64,000 bases of DNA from Dehalococcoidia bacterium (GCA_965249275.1 CBDFLQ010000005.1:544001-608000); one strand, 5' to 3'; positions 28,201 to 37,503 are shown, numbered from the stretch's first letter. Notes: generated by a model not told the origin, from the letters alone. Numbers and translations: made by a program.

Positions 28201-28743
28201 CTAAGGCCGCTCTGTCTCTTCGTAGCGGGCGAGGACGAAGAGTAGGGAGCTGAGGCGGTTGAGGTAGCGGGGGATTTCGGTGTTGGTGAGGATGCCGTTA
28301 TCCATGAGCTCTACGGTGCGGCGCTCGGCGCGGCGGACGGTGGAGCGGGCGAGGTCTATGGCTGCGCCGGCGGGTGAGCCGCCGGGCATTACGAACTCTC
28401 GGGGGAGTTCAATTTTCTCGGAGAGGGAGTCGGTGGTCTCTTCAAGCTTGTCGACCATGTCGGCGGTGACTTTCTGGAAGTGCTTGAGGAATTTGGGGTA
28501 GAAGTCGGTGTCGATGGCGATCTCGCCGCCGACGGTGAAGGACTCTCTCTGGAGGGCGAGAAGGATTTCCCGGACATCCTGTTTTGGGGATAGGGCGCGC
28601 CCGAGACCCATGGCGGATACGGCTTCGTCGAGTGCGCCATAGGCCTCGCAGCGGGGGTCGGCCTTGGAGACTCGGCCGCCGTAGAGGAGGCCGGTCTGGC
28701 CGCCGTCGCCGAATCCGGTGTACATGGGAGGGGTCTTGGGCAT
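28201..28743 (-). CDS. PduO-type cob(I)alamin adenosyltransferase
   Basis: YTGFGDGGQT, RVSK, EAYGALDE, ARSTVRRAER, YLNRLSSLLF. Confidence 0.9.
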   Translation of the reverse strand: MPKTPPMYTGFGDGGQTGLLYGGRVSKADPRCEAYGALDEAVSAMGLGRALSPKQDVREILLALQRESFTVGGEIAIDTDFYPKFLKHFQKVTADMVDKLEETTDSLSEKIELPREFVMPGGSPAGAAIDLARSTVRRAERRTVELMDNGILTNTEIPRYLNRLSSLLFVLARYEETERP

Positions 28744-28769
28744 GGGTGAATTATAGCAGGGAGGGGATA

Positions 28770-28886
28770 GGAACCCTTACCCCCTTTATCCCCCTCTCCC
28801 TTAGGGCCTTTAAGGGAGAGGGGGAGATAAGAACAGAGGGATGCATTGCCGCTTTGCGGCAATGCATCCCTCTAGTTCAGTACTGG
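28770..28886 (+). repeat. Variable-hairpin scaffold element, copy 3
   Basis: CCCCCTCTCCCTTAGGGCCTTTAAGGGAGAGGGGGAG..AGAAC-[perfect 18-bp hairpin 28835-28873]-AGTTCAGTACTGG. Confidence 0.9.
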
Positions 28887-29096
28887 TTAGAAGGGAAGGT
28901 TAGGGGCATGGACGAGCGTGATGTGCCTGTGCTCGCCCATAACGCAGTACGAAGGGATAGGCAAGGATTAGGAAATAATCAGTTCGCCAGTCGATGTGGT
29001 GGACAGGAAAGGAGACAGAGTTGTCGTTGCCAGGGGATCGGGGAAAATTAGGGGGATTGGCTATGCTCGCGTTTCCTTTAGATAGGTGCGGGTAGG

Positions 29097-29213
29097 GAAA
29101 CCCTCACCCCCTTGGTCCCCCTCTCCCTTAGGGCCTTTAAGGGAGAGGGGGAGATGAGAACAGAGGGAGGCATAGGCGCAAAGCACCTATGCCTCCCTCT
29201 AGTTCAGTACTGG
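29097..29213 (+). repeat. Variable-hairpin scaffold element, copy 4
   Basis: Same scaffold; 18-bp hairpin at 29162-29200 with one mismatch (G-U on the minus strand). Confidence 0.9.
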
Positions 29214-29274
29214 TTTGGAAGGGAGAGAAGGTTAGGGACGGGCATGACTTTAATGAGGGATGGAATAACGGTAG

Positions 29275-30234
29275 TTAGAGAGCGAGGCATTCTTTGAGGT
29301 GGGTTAGGGAGAGGTTGCCGCCGCTGAGGATTAGGACGGTCTTTCGGCCTTTGATGCGGTCTTTTAGGGCTTGGGCGGCGGCGAGGGGGGCTGCGCCTGC
29401 GCCCTCGGCGAGGTTGTGGGTCTTTTCTAGCATCTGGACGACGGCGAAGCGGATGTCGTCCTCGGAGACGAGGACGTAGTCGTCGAGGAGGTCACGGATG
29501 ACGGCCTGGGAGCCGTCGAAGGAGATGCGTACGGAGATGCCCTCGGCGAAGGTGGTGGTTGGGGAGTCGACTAGGCGGCCCTCTTTCCAGGACAGGTAGG
29601 GGGAAAGTGCAGCTTCGGAGGAGACACCGATGATTTCGAGGTCGGGCCTGATGGCCTTGCCTGCGATGCAGAGGCTGGATGCGAAGCCAGCGCCGCCGAT
29701 GGGGACAATGACGACCTCGGCGTCGGGGAGGTCCTGGAGGATTTCGACCATGCAGGTCCCGAGGCCGGAGACGAAATCGTGGTCTTCGGCGTCGTTGAAG
29801 AGGCGGTAGCCCTTCTCGTCGGCGATGGTCTGTAGGTGGTCGCGGGCTTCGTCGTAGTCTGCGCCGTAGGTCATCAACTCCGCGCCGAAGTTCCGGATGG
29901 CCTCGGCCTTGCCGGGATTGGGGTTAGAGGGCAGAGCTATGACGGCATGACAGCCGAAGAGTTGGCTGGCGTAGGCCACGGACTGGCCAAAGTTGCCGGT
30001 GGATGCAACGGCTACGCCCTTCTTCAACTGTTCCGGCGTGAGGTTGGCTATGGCGTTCAGGCCACCCCTGATCTTGAAGGAGCCGATTGCGGTGTGGTTT
30101 TCGTGCTTGACGTAGGTCTCGGAGCCGAGGAGGGCGTCGAGGCCCGGGTAGTGGTGGAGGGGGGTGGGGGACATGTACCGCTTGAGCAGTGCGTGGGCCT
30201 TGGTTATGGCCTGGATGTCGGTTGTGTAGGTCAT
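29275..30234 (-). CDS. Threonine/serine dehydratase (PLP, catabolic type, no regulatory domain)
   Basis: KHENHTAIGSFKIRG, ASTGNFG, PIGGAG, EGAGAA, LSGGN. Confidence 0.9.
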   Translation of the reverse strand: MTYTTDIQAITKAHALLKRYMSPTPLHHYPGLDALLGSETYVKHENHTAIGSFKIRGGLNAIANLTPEQLKKGVAVASTGNFGQSVAYASQLFGCHAVIALPSNPNPGKAEAIRNFGAELMTYGADYDEARDHLQTIADEKGYRLFNDAEDHDFVSGLGTCMVEILQDLPDAEVVIVPIGGAGFASSLCIAGKAIRPDLEIIGVSSEAALSPYLSWKEGRLVDSPTTTFAEGISVRISFDGSQAVIRDLLDDYVLVSEDDIRFAVVQMLEKTHNLAEGAGAAPLAAAQALKDRIKGRKTVLILSGGNLSLTHLKECLAL

Positions 30235-31193
30235 TGGGTTGCACTCAGGGAAGCTTTAAGCTCTTCGATGGAAGCGTTGCCGCCTGACTGAATAAGGGCT
30301 ACCTTCTTGCCCTGGAGCCGCTCTTTGAGCTTGAGGGCGGCGGCTAGGGGTGCGGCACCCGCGCCCTCGGCGAGGTTGTGGGTCTTTTCGAGGAGGAGTG
30401 CTATGGCCTGACGGATTTCGCTGTCATCGACGGCTACAAAATCGTCCAGGAGATCGCACATTATTCGGAAAGGTATCTCGTCGGTGACCTTGACGCCGAT
30501 GCCCTCAGCGAAGGTGGTCATTGGGGCGTCGACCAACATGCCCTGCTTCCATGAGAGGTAGGGCGAGGCCGCTTGGGCGCTGCACACAGCTATAACCTGG
30601 ACGTCGGGTTTGAGGCCCTTGGCGGCGACGGAGACGCCGGAGGCGAGACCGCCACCTCCTACGGGGAGGATGACCACGTCGACATCGGGGAGCTGGTCCA
30701 GGATTTCGAGCATGATAGTGCCGCTGCCGGCCATGAATCGGGAGTCGGTGGAGTCGCTGACGTACTCGCAGCCGCGTTCAGAAACGATTGAGCGGATTGC
30801 GGCGGGATCGGCATCGTAGACGGTGTCGCTGAGGACCACCTCTGCGCCAAAGGCTTTGATAGCCTCAACCTTAGAGGGGTTGGGGTTTTCCGGAAGAACG
30901 ACGATGGCCTTCGCGCCGAATATGCGACCCGCATAGGCCATGCCCTGACCGAAGTTGCCGGAGGAGGCTACGACTACGCCGCGCTCTTTCTGCTGAGGGC
31001 TGAGCTGGGACATCGTGTTGAGGGCGCCACGAATCTTGAATGCGCCGAGCCGGGTGTGATTTTCGTGCTTGACGTAGGTCTCGGAGCCGAGGAGGGCGTC
31101 GAGGCCGGGGTAGTGGTGGAGGGGGGTGGGGGACATATAGTTGGCGAGAAGGGCGCGTGCCTTGTAGATGTCCTGGAGGGTGGGGCGAGTCAT
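30231..31193 (-). CDS. Threonine/serine dehydratase paralog
   Basis: KHENHTRLGAFKIRG, ASSGNFG, PVGGGGL; start moved to ATG 31193; ATGA overlap with the next gene. Confidence 0.9.
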   Translation of the reverse strand: MTRPTLQDIYKARALLANYMSPTPLHHYPGLDALLGSETYVKHENHTRLGAFKIRGALNTMSQLSPQQKERGVVVASSGNFGQGMAYAGRIFGAKAIVVLPENPNPSKVEAIKAFGAEVVLSDTVYDADPAAIRSIVSERGCEYVSDSTDSRFMAGSGTIMLEILDQLPDVDVVILPVGGGGLASGVSVAAKGLKPDVQVIAVCSAQAASPYLSWKQGMLVDAPMTTFAEGIGVKVTDEIPFRIMCDLLDDFVAVDDSEIRQAIALLLEKTHNLAEGAGAAPLAAALKLKERLQGKKVALIQSGGNASIEELKASLSATQ

Positions 31194-31216
31194 AGGGGTG
31201 ATTGCCTTATCGGGGG

Positions 31217-32470
31217 TTAGACTTCGGTGGGGACGAGACGCCAGTCGTATGGGGCCTGAGCCATGACCTCGGGGCCGTTCTTGGTGATGAGAAGCTGCTC
31301 TTCCAGCTTGACCTGCTCCGTGCCGTTCTCGCGGCCGAAGCTGGCCTCCATGCAGATGACCATGTTCTCCTGTACTTCTCCTACGTCGTTGCCGAAACCG
31401 GTGTCGTTCACGTCGGGGAAGTAGAGGGCGGGCCACTCGTCTGACATGCCTGCGCCGTGGGCGAGGACAACGTAGCGGTTTCGCTTGTACTCGTCGGGGA
31501 CTTCGGGAATGGAGTTGGCGATGTCGATGAAGGAAGCACCGGGAACGAACTTGGGAATGCCAGTCTGAACAAACTCATAGGCGCGCTTGTAGGCGTCGAG
31601 CTGTTCTTCGTTGGGTTTGACGTCACCGCATAGGTAGGTGCGGGAGATATCGGCGAAGTAGCCGAGGGGCCCGGCCATGTCGGTATCCATTGCGACGAGG
31701 TTGCCGGGCAGGACGACGCGCTCGGTGGCCTCCCGGTGGAGCCAGGGGTTGGTGTTGCCGCCGGAGGCGAGGAGCTTGCCGTCGATGCGTTCGCCGCCGT
31801 ACTCAAGGTTGGTGCCGGACATGATGGAGTAGAGCTTGTTCTCGGTGACGCCGGGGACTATGGCATCCCGGACGCGGGAGACGGCAACGTCGGCTATGGC
31901 GCAGGCCTGTCGGATGGCGGCGATTTCGTCTGGGGTCTTTATGGCTCGGGCCCAGCCGACGGGCGCCAGAGCGCCCTCTACGCGGATGCCGAGATCAGTA
32001 AGGGCAAGGATGCTGTCGGGATCCATGCGGTCGATGCCGAGCTTTTCATCGGCAATGCCGAGCTCATCAAGAAGGGCCTTGAACTCTTCGGCCCACTCGA
32101 GGGTAGCGGCCTGGGTGTAGGTGCCGCACTGCCAGAACTCGAAGGTGCGGATCCAGCGGGTGTCGGCATCATCGCCAACAATGGAAGCTTCGAGGCGGCC
32201 CGGTTGTAAGATGATGGGCTTACCCTCCCGGGGCACGAGGACCGACTTGTTCTTGTGGCGGAGCATGAAGCTCTCCATGAGCCGAGTGCCGGAAGCGTAG
32301 CGCATGTTGACCGGGTCCCAGAGGAGGATGGCGCCGAGGTCGGCCTTGGCGATCTCGGACTGGAGGCGGGCGATGCGGTCGCGGCGCATACGTTGTACGT
32401 CGATGCGCTCCTCAAAGTCGACCACCTGGCGGCCGAGAACGTCTCTTTCGTGAAATTGCTTAGGCGACAT
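31217..32470 (-). CDS. M24 family metalloenzyme, DddP (DMSP lyase)-like
   Basis: DTD-x9-D (DTDMAGPLGYFADISRT), RY-x4-HGAGMSDEWP, E-x14-E. Confidence 0.85.
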   Translation of the reverse strand: MSPKQFHERDVLGRQVVDFEERIDVQRMRRDRIARLQSEIAKADLGAILLWDPVNMRYASGTRLMESFMLRHKNKSVLVPREGKPIILQPGRLEASIVGDDADTRWIRTFEFWQCGTYTQAATLEWAEEFKALLDELGIADEKLGIDRMDPDSILALTDLGIRVEGALAPVGWARAIKTPDEIAAIRQACAIADVAVSRVRDAIVPGVTENKLYSIMSGTNLEYGGERIDGKLLASGGNTNPWLHREATERVVLPGNLVAMDTDMAGPLGYFADISRTYLCGDVKPNEEQLDAYKRAYEFVQTGIPKFVPGASFIDIANSIPEVPDEYKRNRYVVLAHGAGMSDEWPALYFPDVNDTGFGNDVGEVQENMVICMEASFGRENGTEQVKLEEQLLITKNGPEVMAQAPYDWRLVPTEV

Positions 32471-32509
32471 GATTAGCCTCCGGGGTTCGGGCTTGTGGAA
32501 GTCACGCGC

Positions 32510-33757
32510 TTAGTCCATGAAGCGCCAGTCGAAGGGGGCCTGGGAAAGGATCACGGGCCCGTCCGCCTTGATGAGAAGCTGCTCTTCCAGCTTGACCTGC
32601 TGCAATCCGTCCTCCCTGCCGAAGCTGGCCTCCATGCAGATCACCATGTTCTCCTTGATCTCGCCGGAGTAGTTGGAGGGTTCGTCGGGGCGAGGGTCCT
32701 TGAAGTAGATGGCGGGCCATTCGTCGGACATGCCTGCGCCGTGGGCCATGAGGGGATAGCGGTTGCGGTTGTACTCGGGGGGGATGGTGGGGGCCTTCTC
32801 GGCGACCTCTGCGAAGGATGCGCCGGGGACGAAATAGGGGATGGTGGAGTAGATGTAGTCGTAGGCCCGCTTGTAGGCGTCCATCTGCTCCTCGTTGGGC
32901 TGTACATCGCCGCAGAGGTAGGTGCGGGAGATATCGGCGAAATAGCCGAGGGGCCCGGCCATGTCGGTGTCTATGGCTACGAGATCACCGGGCATGACGA
33001 GGCGGTCGGAGGCGTCCCGCTTGATCCAGGGGTTGGTGTTTCCGCCTGCGGTGAGCAGCTTGCCGTCGATGCGCTCGCCGCCCCTGGAGACGTTGTAGTG
33101 CAAGAGGAGGGCGAAGAGGTCGTTCTCGGTGACGCCGGGCTTGATGGCTTCCTTGACCTTGGCGAGGCCGACGTCGGCGATGGCGCAGGACTGGCGGATT
33201 AAGGAGATTTCATCGGGGGTCTTGATGGAGCGGGCGCGGGATAGGGGCTCCAGGCCGTCGGCCAAGGTGAACTCGCGGTCCAGAAGCGCATTGATAGTAA
33301 AAGCGTCGAGTCTATCGATGCCGAGTCGACTGGAAGAGATGCCAAGAGAGTTGAGGGCATCTCTGAGTACCTGGGCCCATCTGAGGGTGTTGTCACGGGT
33401 GTAGTCGCCCGTCATCCAGAATTCGACACCGACGGCCGGCATGACCTCCGCGTCCTGGGAAAAGAGCTGCGCGTGGAGCTCGTTGGAGTCGAAGAAGACG
33501 GGGCGACCCTCCTGAGGGATGAGGGCGTGGGCACCCTTGAAGCGGAGGCCGAAAGTCTCGTTGAGCCGGGATCCGATGGCGTAGCGGATATTGACCGGGT
33601 CGAACAGGAGGAGGGCTTCGAGGTCTGCGGCTGCCATCTCGGACTGGAGTCTTTGGAGCCGGTCCTGGCGGAGGCTCTTGATGTCGACCCTCGATTCGAA
33701 GTCGACTACCTGGGTGCCAACAAGGTCTTTTTCGTGAGTCTGAGCGGGTGGAGTCAA
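32510..33757 (-). CDS. M24 family metalloenzyme, DddP-like paralog
   Basis: Same motifs as 31217..32470; TTG start after AGGAGG. Confidence 0.85.
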   Translation of the reverse strand: MTPPAQTHEKDLVGTQVVDFESRVDIKSLRQDRLQRLQSEMAAADLEALLLFDPVNIRYAIGSRLNETFGLRFKGAHALIPQEGRPVFFDSNELHAQLFSQDAEVMPAVGVEFWMTGDYTRDNTLRWAQVLRDALNSLGISSSRLGIDRLDAFTINALLDREFTLADGLEPLSRARSIKTPDEISLIRQSCAIADVGLAKVKEAIKPGVTENDLFALLLHYNVSRGGERIDGKLLTAGGNTNPWIKRDASDRLVMPGDLVAIDTDMAGPLGYFADISRTYLCGDVQPNEEQMDAYKRAYDYIYSTIPYFVPGASFAEVAEKAPTIPPEYNRNRYPLMAHGAGMSDEWPAIYFKDPRPDEPSNYSGEIKENMVICMEASFGREDGLQQVKLEEQLLIKADGPVILSQAPFDWRFMD

Positions 33758-34463
33758 GTCGGGCCTCCTTTACGATCGCGCCACAGTCGGGGATGGTGCG
33801 ATTATAGCAGAGAGGGGAGTCCTGCTCAGCCGGGGAAAGATGCAGGAATGGGAGACGGGAAGGGAGAGATGTGCTAGATTTTATTTAAGGGGCTTTAGCC
33901 CTTGCGAACCTGAAAAATCGGAGGCAGAAAGTTGGACATAGACATTGCAACGGTAGATAAACTGTTGACTACTACGAGGACGGTGCGGAAGAGGCTGGAT
34001 TTCGACAGGGAGGTGGAACCGGAGGTGATGGAGCGGTGCATCGAGATTGCGATGCAGGCGCCCACGGGATCCAACCAGCAGCATTGGCATTTCATGGTAG
34101 TCACGGACCCCGAGAAGAGGAAGGTAGTGGGGGACTGCTACAAAAGAGGCTATTACCCCTACCGGGCGATGAGGGACGAAGACCCGCCCAAGTACGAGGC
34201 TGATGATCCCAGGGCGCAACGTGGAGGCCTGATCAGGGACTCGGCGACGCATCTTGCCGAGAATATGCATCGGGCCCCGGCGTTGGTGCTGGCGTGCTGC
34301 GACGGCCGAGTGGAGAACGATGGTGTGACGGCGCAGGCCAGCCTGTACGGTTCGATTTTGCCGGCGGCGTGGTCCCTTATGCTGGCGCTAAGGGCTCGGG
34401 GGCTTGGGGCTGCGTGGACAACGCTTCACCTTCCCAATGAGAAGGAAGTTGCGGAACTTCTAG

Positions 34464-35659
34464 GAAACCTCTGAACAAGTCTAAGGGCATAGGTAATAGG
34501 TAAGATAGGGAGAGTAAGGCCAAAGCTGAGGTGAGATTTGATGGAGCAGCCGACATTTGCAGACTTGGAATACGAGGGCAAGAAGCGAAAGACCCGCCGG
34601 GAGATATTTCTGGAGCGGATGGAGGACCTGGTTCCATGGGGAAAGTTAGAGGAGCGAATCCGGCCCTACTATTCCAGGGCGGGCCGTGGACGGAGGCCCT
34701 ACGAGTTGTCGGTGATGCTGCGGATACACTGCGTGCAGCTGTTCTACAACCTGAGCGATCCGGGCATGGAGGACATGCTCTACGAGGTGGAGTCGGTGAG
34801 GCGGTTCGCAGGTCTGAGGCTGTCCGGCCCCTTGCCTGACGAGACTACGATACTGAACTTCCGCCATCTGCTGGAAGAGCAGGAGTTGGGTCGGGGGCTG
34901 TTCGAGGAGATCAACCGTCATCTGGAGTCTCGGGGACTGAGGCTCAGGGAGGGTACGATTGTGGATGCGAGCATCATCGAGGCGCCGGCGTCTACGAAGA
35001 ACCGTGCTGGAGAGCGAGACCCCGATATGCACCAAGTGAAGAAGGGGAAGGAGTGGCACTTCGGTATGAAAGTGCACATTGGTGCAGACGCTGACACGGG
35101 GGTGGTGCACAGTATGAGTACGACAGCTGCGAACGTGCATGACGTGACGGAGGCGCACCGGCTGCTGCATGGAGGGGAGAGGCGAGTGTGGGGAGATGCG
35201 GGATATCAGGGAGTGGAGAAGCGGGCGGAGAATCGGGATATGGATGTGGAGTGGCGGGTGGCGATGAGACCTGGACGGCGTCGGAAACTGAGGGCGGGGA
35301 GCTGCGAGGCCTTAGCGGAGAAGAGCAAATCATCCATCAGGGCTAAGGTGGAGCATCCGTTCCTGTACGTGAAACGGCACTTCGGCTACGCCAAGGTCCG
35401 CTACAGGGGCTTGTACAAGAACACGCAACGGGTGGCGATGCTGCTGGGGCTGGCCAACTTGGTAAGGGCCGAGCGCCACTTAGCGGTGTGACGGAGGAGC
35501 AGTGTGGTCAAATCCGGGTCGATGGTGACTGGATGCCCTGACAGGCCAGAACATAGGATGCAAATAAGCCACCGAGACGCAACATTACGACCCAACCTCT
35601 CCCCAAAACTCCATGCAAGACAACCTAAGCTGGTTTACAGTGAGTTGTTCAGAGCTTCC
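34464..35659 (+). mobile_element. IS5-family insertion sequence (1196 bp)
   Basis: Terminal IRs GAAACCTCTGAACAA / TTGTTCAGAGCTTCC; CTAG duplication at 34460-63 and 35660-63. Confidence 0.95.
34541..35491 (+). CDS. IS5-family transposase
   Basis: TRREIFL, PDETTILNFRHLLE, VDASII, WHFGMKVHIG, GDAGYQG, RAKVEHPF; intact. Confidence 0.95.
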   Translation: MEQPTFADLEYEGKKRKTRREIFLERMEDLVPWGKLEERIRPYYSRAGRGRRPYELSVMLRIHCVQLFYNLSDPGMEDMLYEVESVRRFAGLRLSGPLPDETTILNFRHLLEEQELGRGLFEEINRHLESRGLRLREGTIVDASIIEAPASTKNRAGERDPDMHQVKKGKEWHFGMKVHIGADADTGVVHSMSTTAANVHDVTEAHRLLHGGERRVWGDAGYQGVEKRAENRDMDVEWRVAMRPGRRRKLRAGSCEALAEKSKSSIRAKVEHPFLYVKRHFGYAKVRYRGLYKNTQRVAMLLGLANLVRAERHLAV

Positions 35660-35879
35660 CTAGGTATTCCGGAAAACGTGACTCAGGCTGCGCTTCTCCC
35701 TGTGGCGTACTACACGGGTGAAGACTTCAGGCCCGCCAAGCGGTTGCCAGCCCGGAAGATGATCTACTGGAACGAGTGGGGAGCTACCCGATAGGGAATA
35801 TTTAAATGATTGCACTACACGGAATCTTTGAAGAACTGCACCTTGAATTACTATACCGACTTGGGTATAGTAACCCCAC

Positions 35880-36191
35880 ATGGAGCCAACAGCCCAACGG
35901 TTCATAGACGCTCAGGGCTGCGACATCTGGCTGACGGATGAGAGACTTCGCCACATGTTGCGGAGACACCCAGAAATGGCCTTCCAGCTTCGGCATATCG
36001 AAGAGACATTGGAGAGGCCGGATGCGATAAGGGAGTCGAAGTCTGATCAGTCGGTGACCCTCTATTACCGACTCTATGATGATCGGCAAGGTAGAGAGAG
36101 GCATCTCTGCTTGGTTGTGAAACGAGATGAGGACCGTTCCTTCATCCTGACGGGATACCTGACCCGGAGAATTAGTGGAGACCGACAATGA
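35880..36191 (+). CDS. Putative PBECR2/RelE-like nuclease-fold protein (toxin candidate)
   Basis: 103 aa; LTDERxxH..HPEM..IEETLxxPD..YYR..VVK..FILTGY pattern. Confidence 0.65.
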   Translation: MEPTAQRFIDAQGCDIWLTDERLRHMLRRHPEMAFQLRHIEETLERPDAIRESKSDQSVTLYYRLYDDRQGRERHLCLVVKRDEDRSFILTGYLTRRISGDRQ

Positions 36192-36601
36192 CGGACAAGA
36201 AAGTATCGATCTGGTACGACAATCAGGGTGACATGCTGGAGGTGATGTGGGCATTCAGGGAAGGCTACTTTACGCCTACGGAGGATGACCGTATTCTCAA
36301 ACGAGTTGACGAAAGTGGCGAAGTCATTGGGTTTCTGATACACGAAGTGAGCACACTGAAGCAGCCAAGACCCTTGGAGTTCGAATTGGCGTCGGAGCCA
36401 AATGAGAGCGAGATAGGGGGTGTCACGGTTAGCCAGGCCGCAACTGAGCTAGGGGTTTCCGAGCGTAGGGTGCGACAGTTGGCTAGGGCTGGGAGAGTCC
36501 GGGGCGCTGTGAAACTGGGACAGGGTTGGTTGATACCGAAACCCGTCCGCGTGGCTCCCGGGGCCCGAGGGCCGGTTGGGGTGGCTAGGCATCGAGTTTA
36601 G
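36188..36601 (+). CDS. DUF2283-like domain fused to an excisionase-type HTH (antitoxin candidate)
   Basis: IWYDxxGDMLEV..GYF..RVDxxGEVIGF; C-terminal TVSQAATELGVSERRVRQL..GWLIP; ATGA overlap. Confidence 0.7.
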   Translation: MTDKKVSIWYDNQGDMLEVMWAFREGYFTPTEDDRILKRVDESGEVIGFLIHEVSTLKQPRPLEFELASEPNESEIGGVTVSQAATELGVSERRVRQLARAGRVRGAVKLGQGWLIPKPVRVAPGARGPVGVARHRV

Positions 36602-36756
36602 GCATTGTCTTGGTCTGTACCTCACCTTGATGTACTTGGTATTTGCTAGTGTGTGGGCTGACCGGCGTTTGGCTTGACCCGGTGCTAAGAGGGCTCCACA
36701 TCTCAACTTTCTACGAATGAACCCCGCAACCATCAAAAACAGGGAGGAGTCGTGAC

Positions 36757-37503
36757 ATGGCGGAATTTTTTGGGACCCTAGAACGCATCGCAGCTGACCT
36801 ATATCCGTGGCGTTGGCCTATCCTGGCCGCGATTCTTGTGATAGGTGCAGCGGCGACGTACTACTCCTACCGACGCGAGCTGCACCTGGCTGTGTGGCGG
36901 CGGAGGCGGCTGGCAGCGATCATTGCGACACCGTTGCTGATAGTGTTCGGATTCCTGGCATGGGGCCTGGGGTCGCCTCTGTTCATCGACGAGACGGTGG
37001 AAGAGGAGTTCCCGTTCGCTTACACGGCGGTCGTGCCTGCTGACATGGAAATGGAAGACATAGAGATGACGATGGCCGTGGTAGCGGCCATGGATGACGA
37101 GCCGATGATGGAAGCGATGCCCGAGATGATGATGGCAGAGGAGGAGAGCAGCGAGGCTGTAAAGCTGAAGGAGGGCAACTTCCGGGACGCCGACAGCCTT
37201 CACCGAGGAAGCGGCAAGGCGATCATATACGAGGCCCCGGATGGCAGCCATCTGCTCAGGCTCGAGGACTTGAACGTAACCAATGGGCCCAGACTCCACG
37301 TTCTACTTGCGGTCCACGAGGACCCCATGAGGGTTAGCGACATCAAAGACAACGGCTACCACGACCTGGGCAGGCTGAAAGGGAACATCGGCAACCAGAA
37401 CTACCCGGTGCCCGCCGGCGTAAACGTTAATGCGCAGATGAGCGTCATTATCTATTGCAAACCCTTCTCGGTGATATTCAGTGTTGCGCCGCTCATGAAC
37501 TGA
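36757..37503 (+). CDS. Membrane-anchored DM13 domain protein
   Basis: Two TM helices, SPLFIDxxVEEEFP, G-F..H.GSG.A, NGPxLHV, LKGNIGNQNY, IYCKPFSVIF. Confidence 0.85.
   Translation: MAEFFGTLERIAADLYPWRWPILAAILVIGAAATYYSYRRELHLAVWRRRRLAAIIATPLLIVFGFLAWGLGSPLFIDETVEEEFPFAYTAVVPADMEMEDIEMTMAVVAAMDDEPMMEAMPEMMMAEEESSEAVKLKEGNFRDADSLHRGSGKAIIYEAPDGSHLLRLEDLNVTNGPRLHVLLAVHEDPMRVSDIKDNGYHDLGRLKGNIGNQNYPVPAGVNVNAQMSVIIYCKPFSVIFSVAPLMN

Larger units (their letters stand above)
33932..35794 (+). pseudogene. Nitroreductase family gene interrupted by an IS5 element
   Basis: N-part LLTTTRTVRKRLD..QAPTGSN..RARGLGAAWT..ELL; removing the IS and one CTAG restores the frame: ELLGIPENVTQAALLPVAYYTGEDFRPAKR..W. 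Confidence 0.93.

Noticed and set aside
28743-29100. Cobalamin riboswitch upstream of the adenosyltransferase
   Set aside because: No recognisable B12-box or core motifs on the minus strand; the region is explained by the scaffold repeat.
28584-29297. ORFs 28584..29051 and 29112..29297
   Set aside because: They read through scaffold repeat copies 3 and 4; the peptide similarity simply reflects the DNA repeat.
35504-35794. 96-aa ORF as an independent gene
   Set aside because: It is a chimera of IS right-end sequence and the nitroreductase C-terminus.
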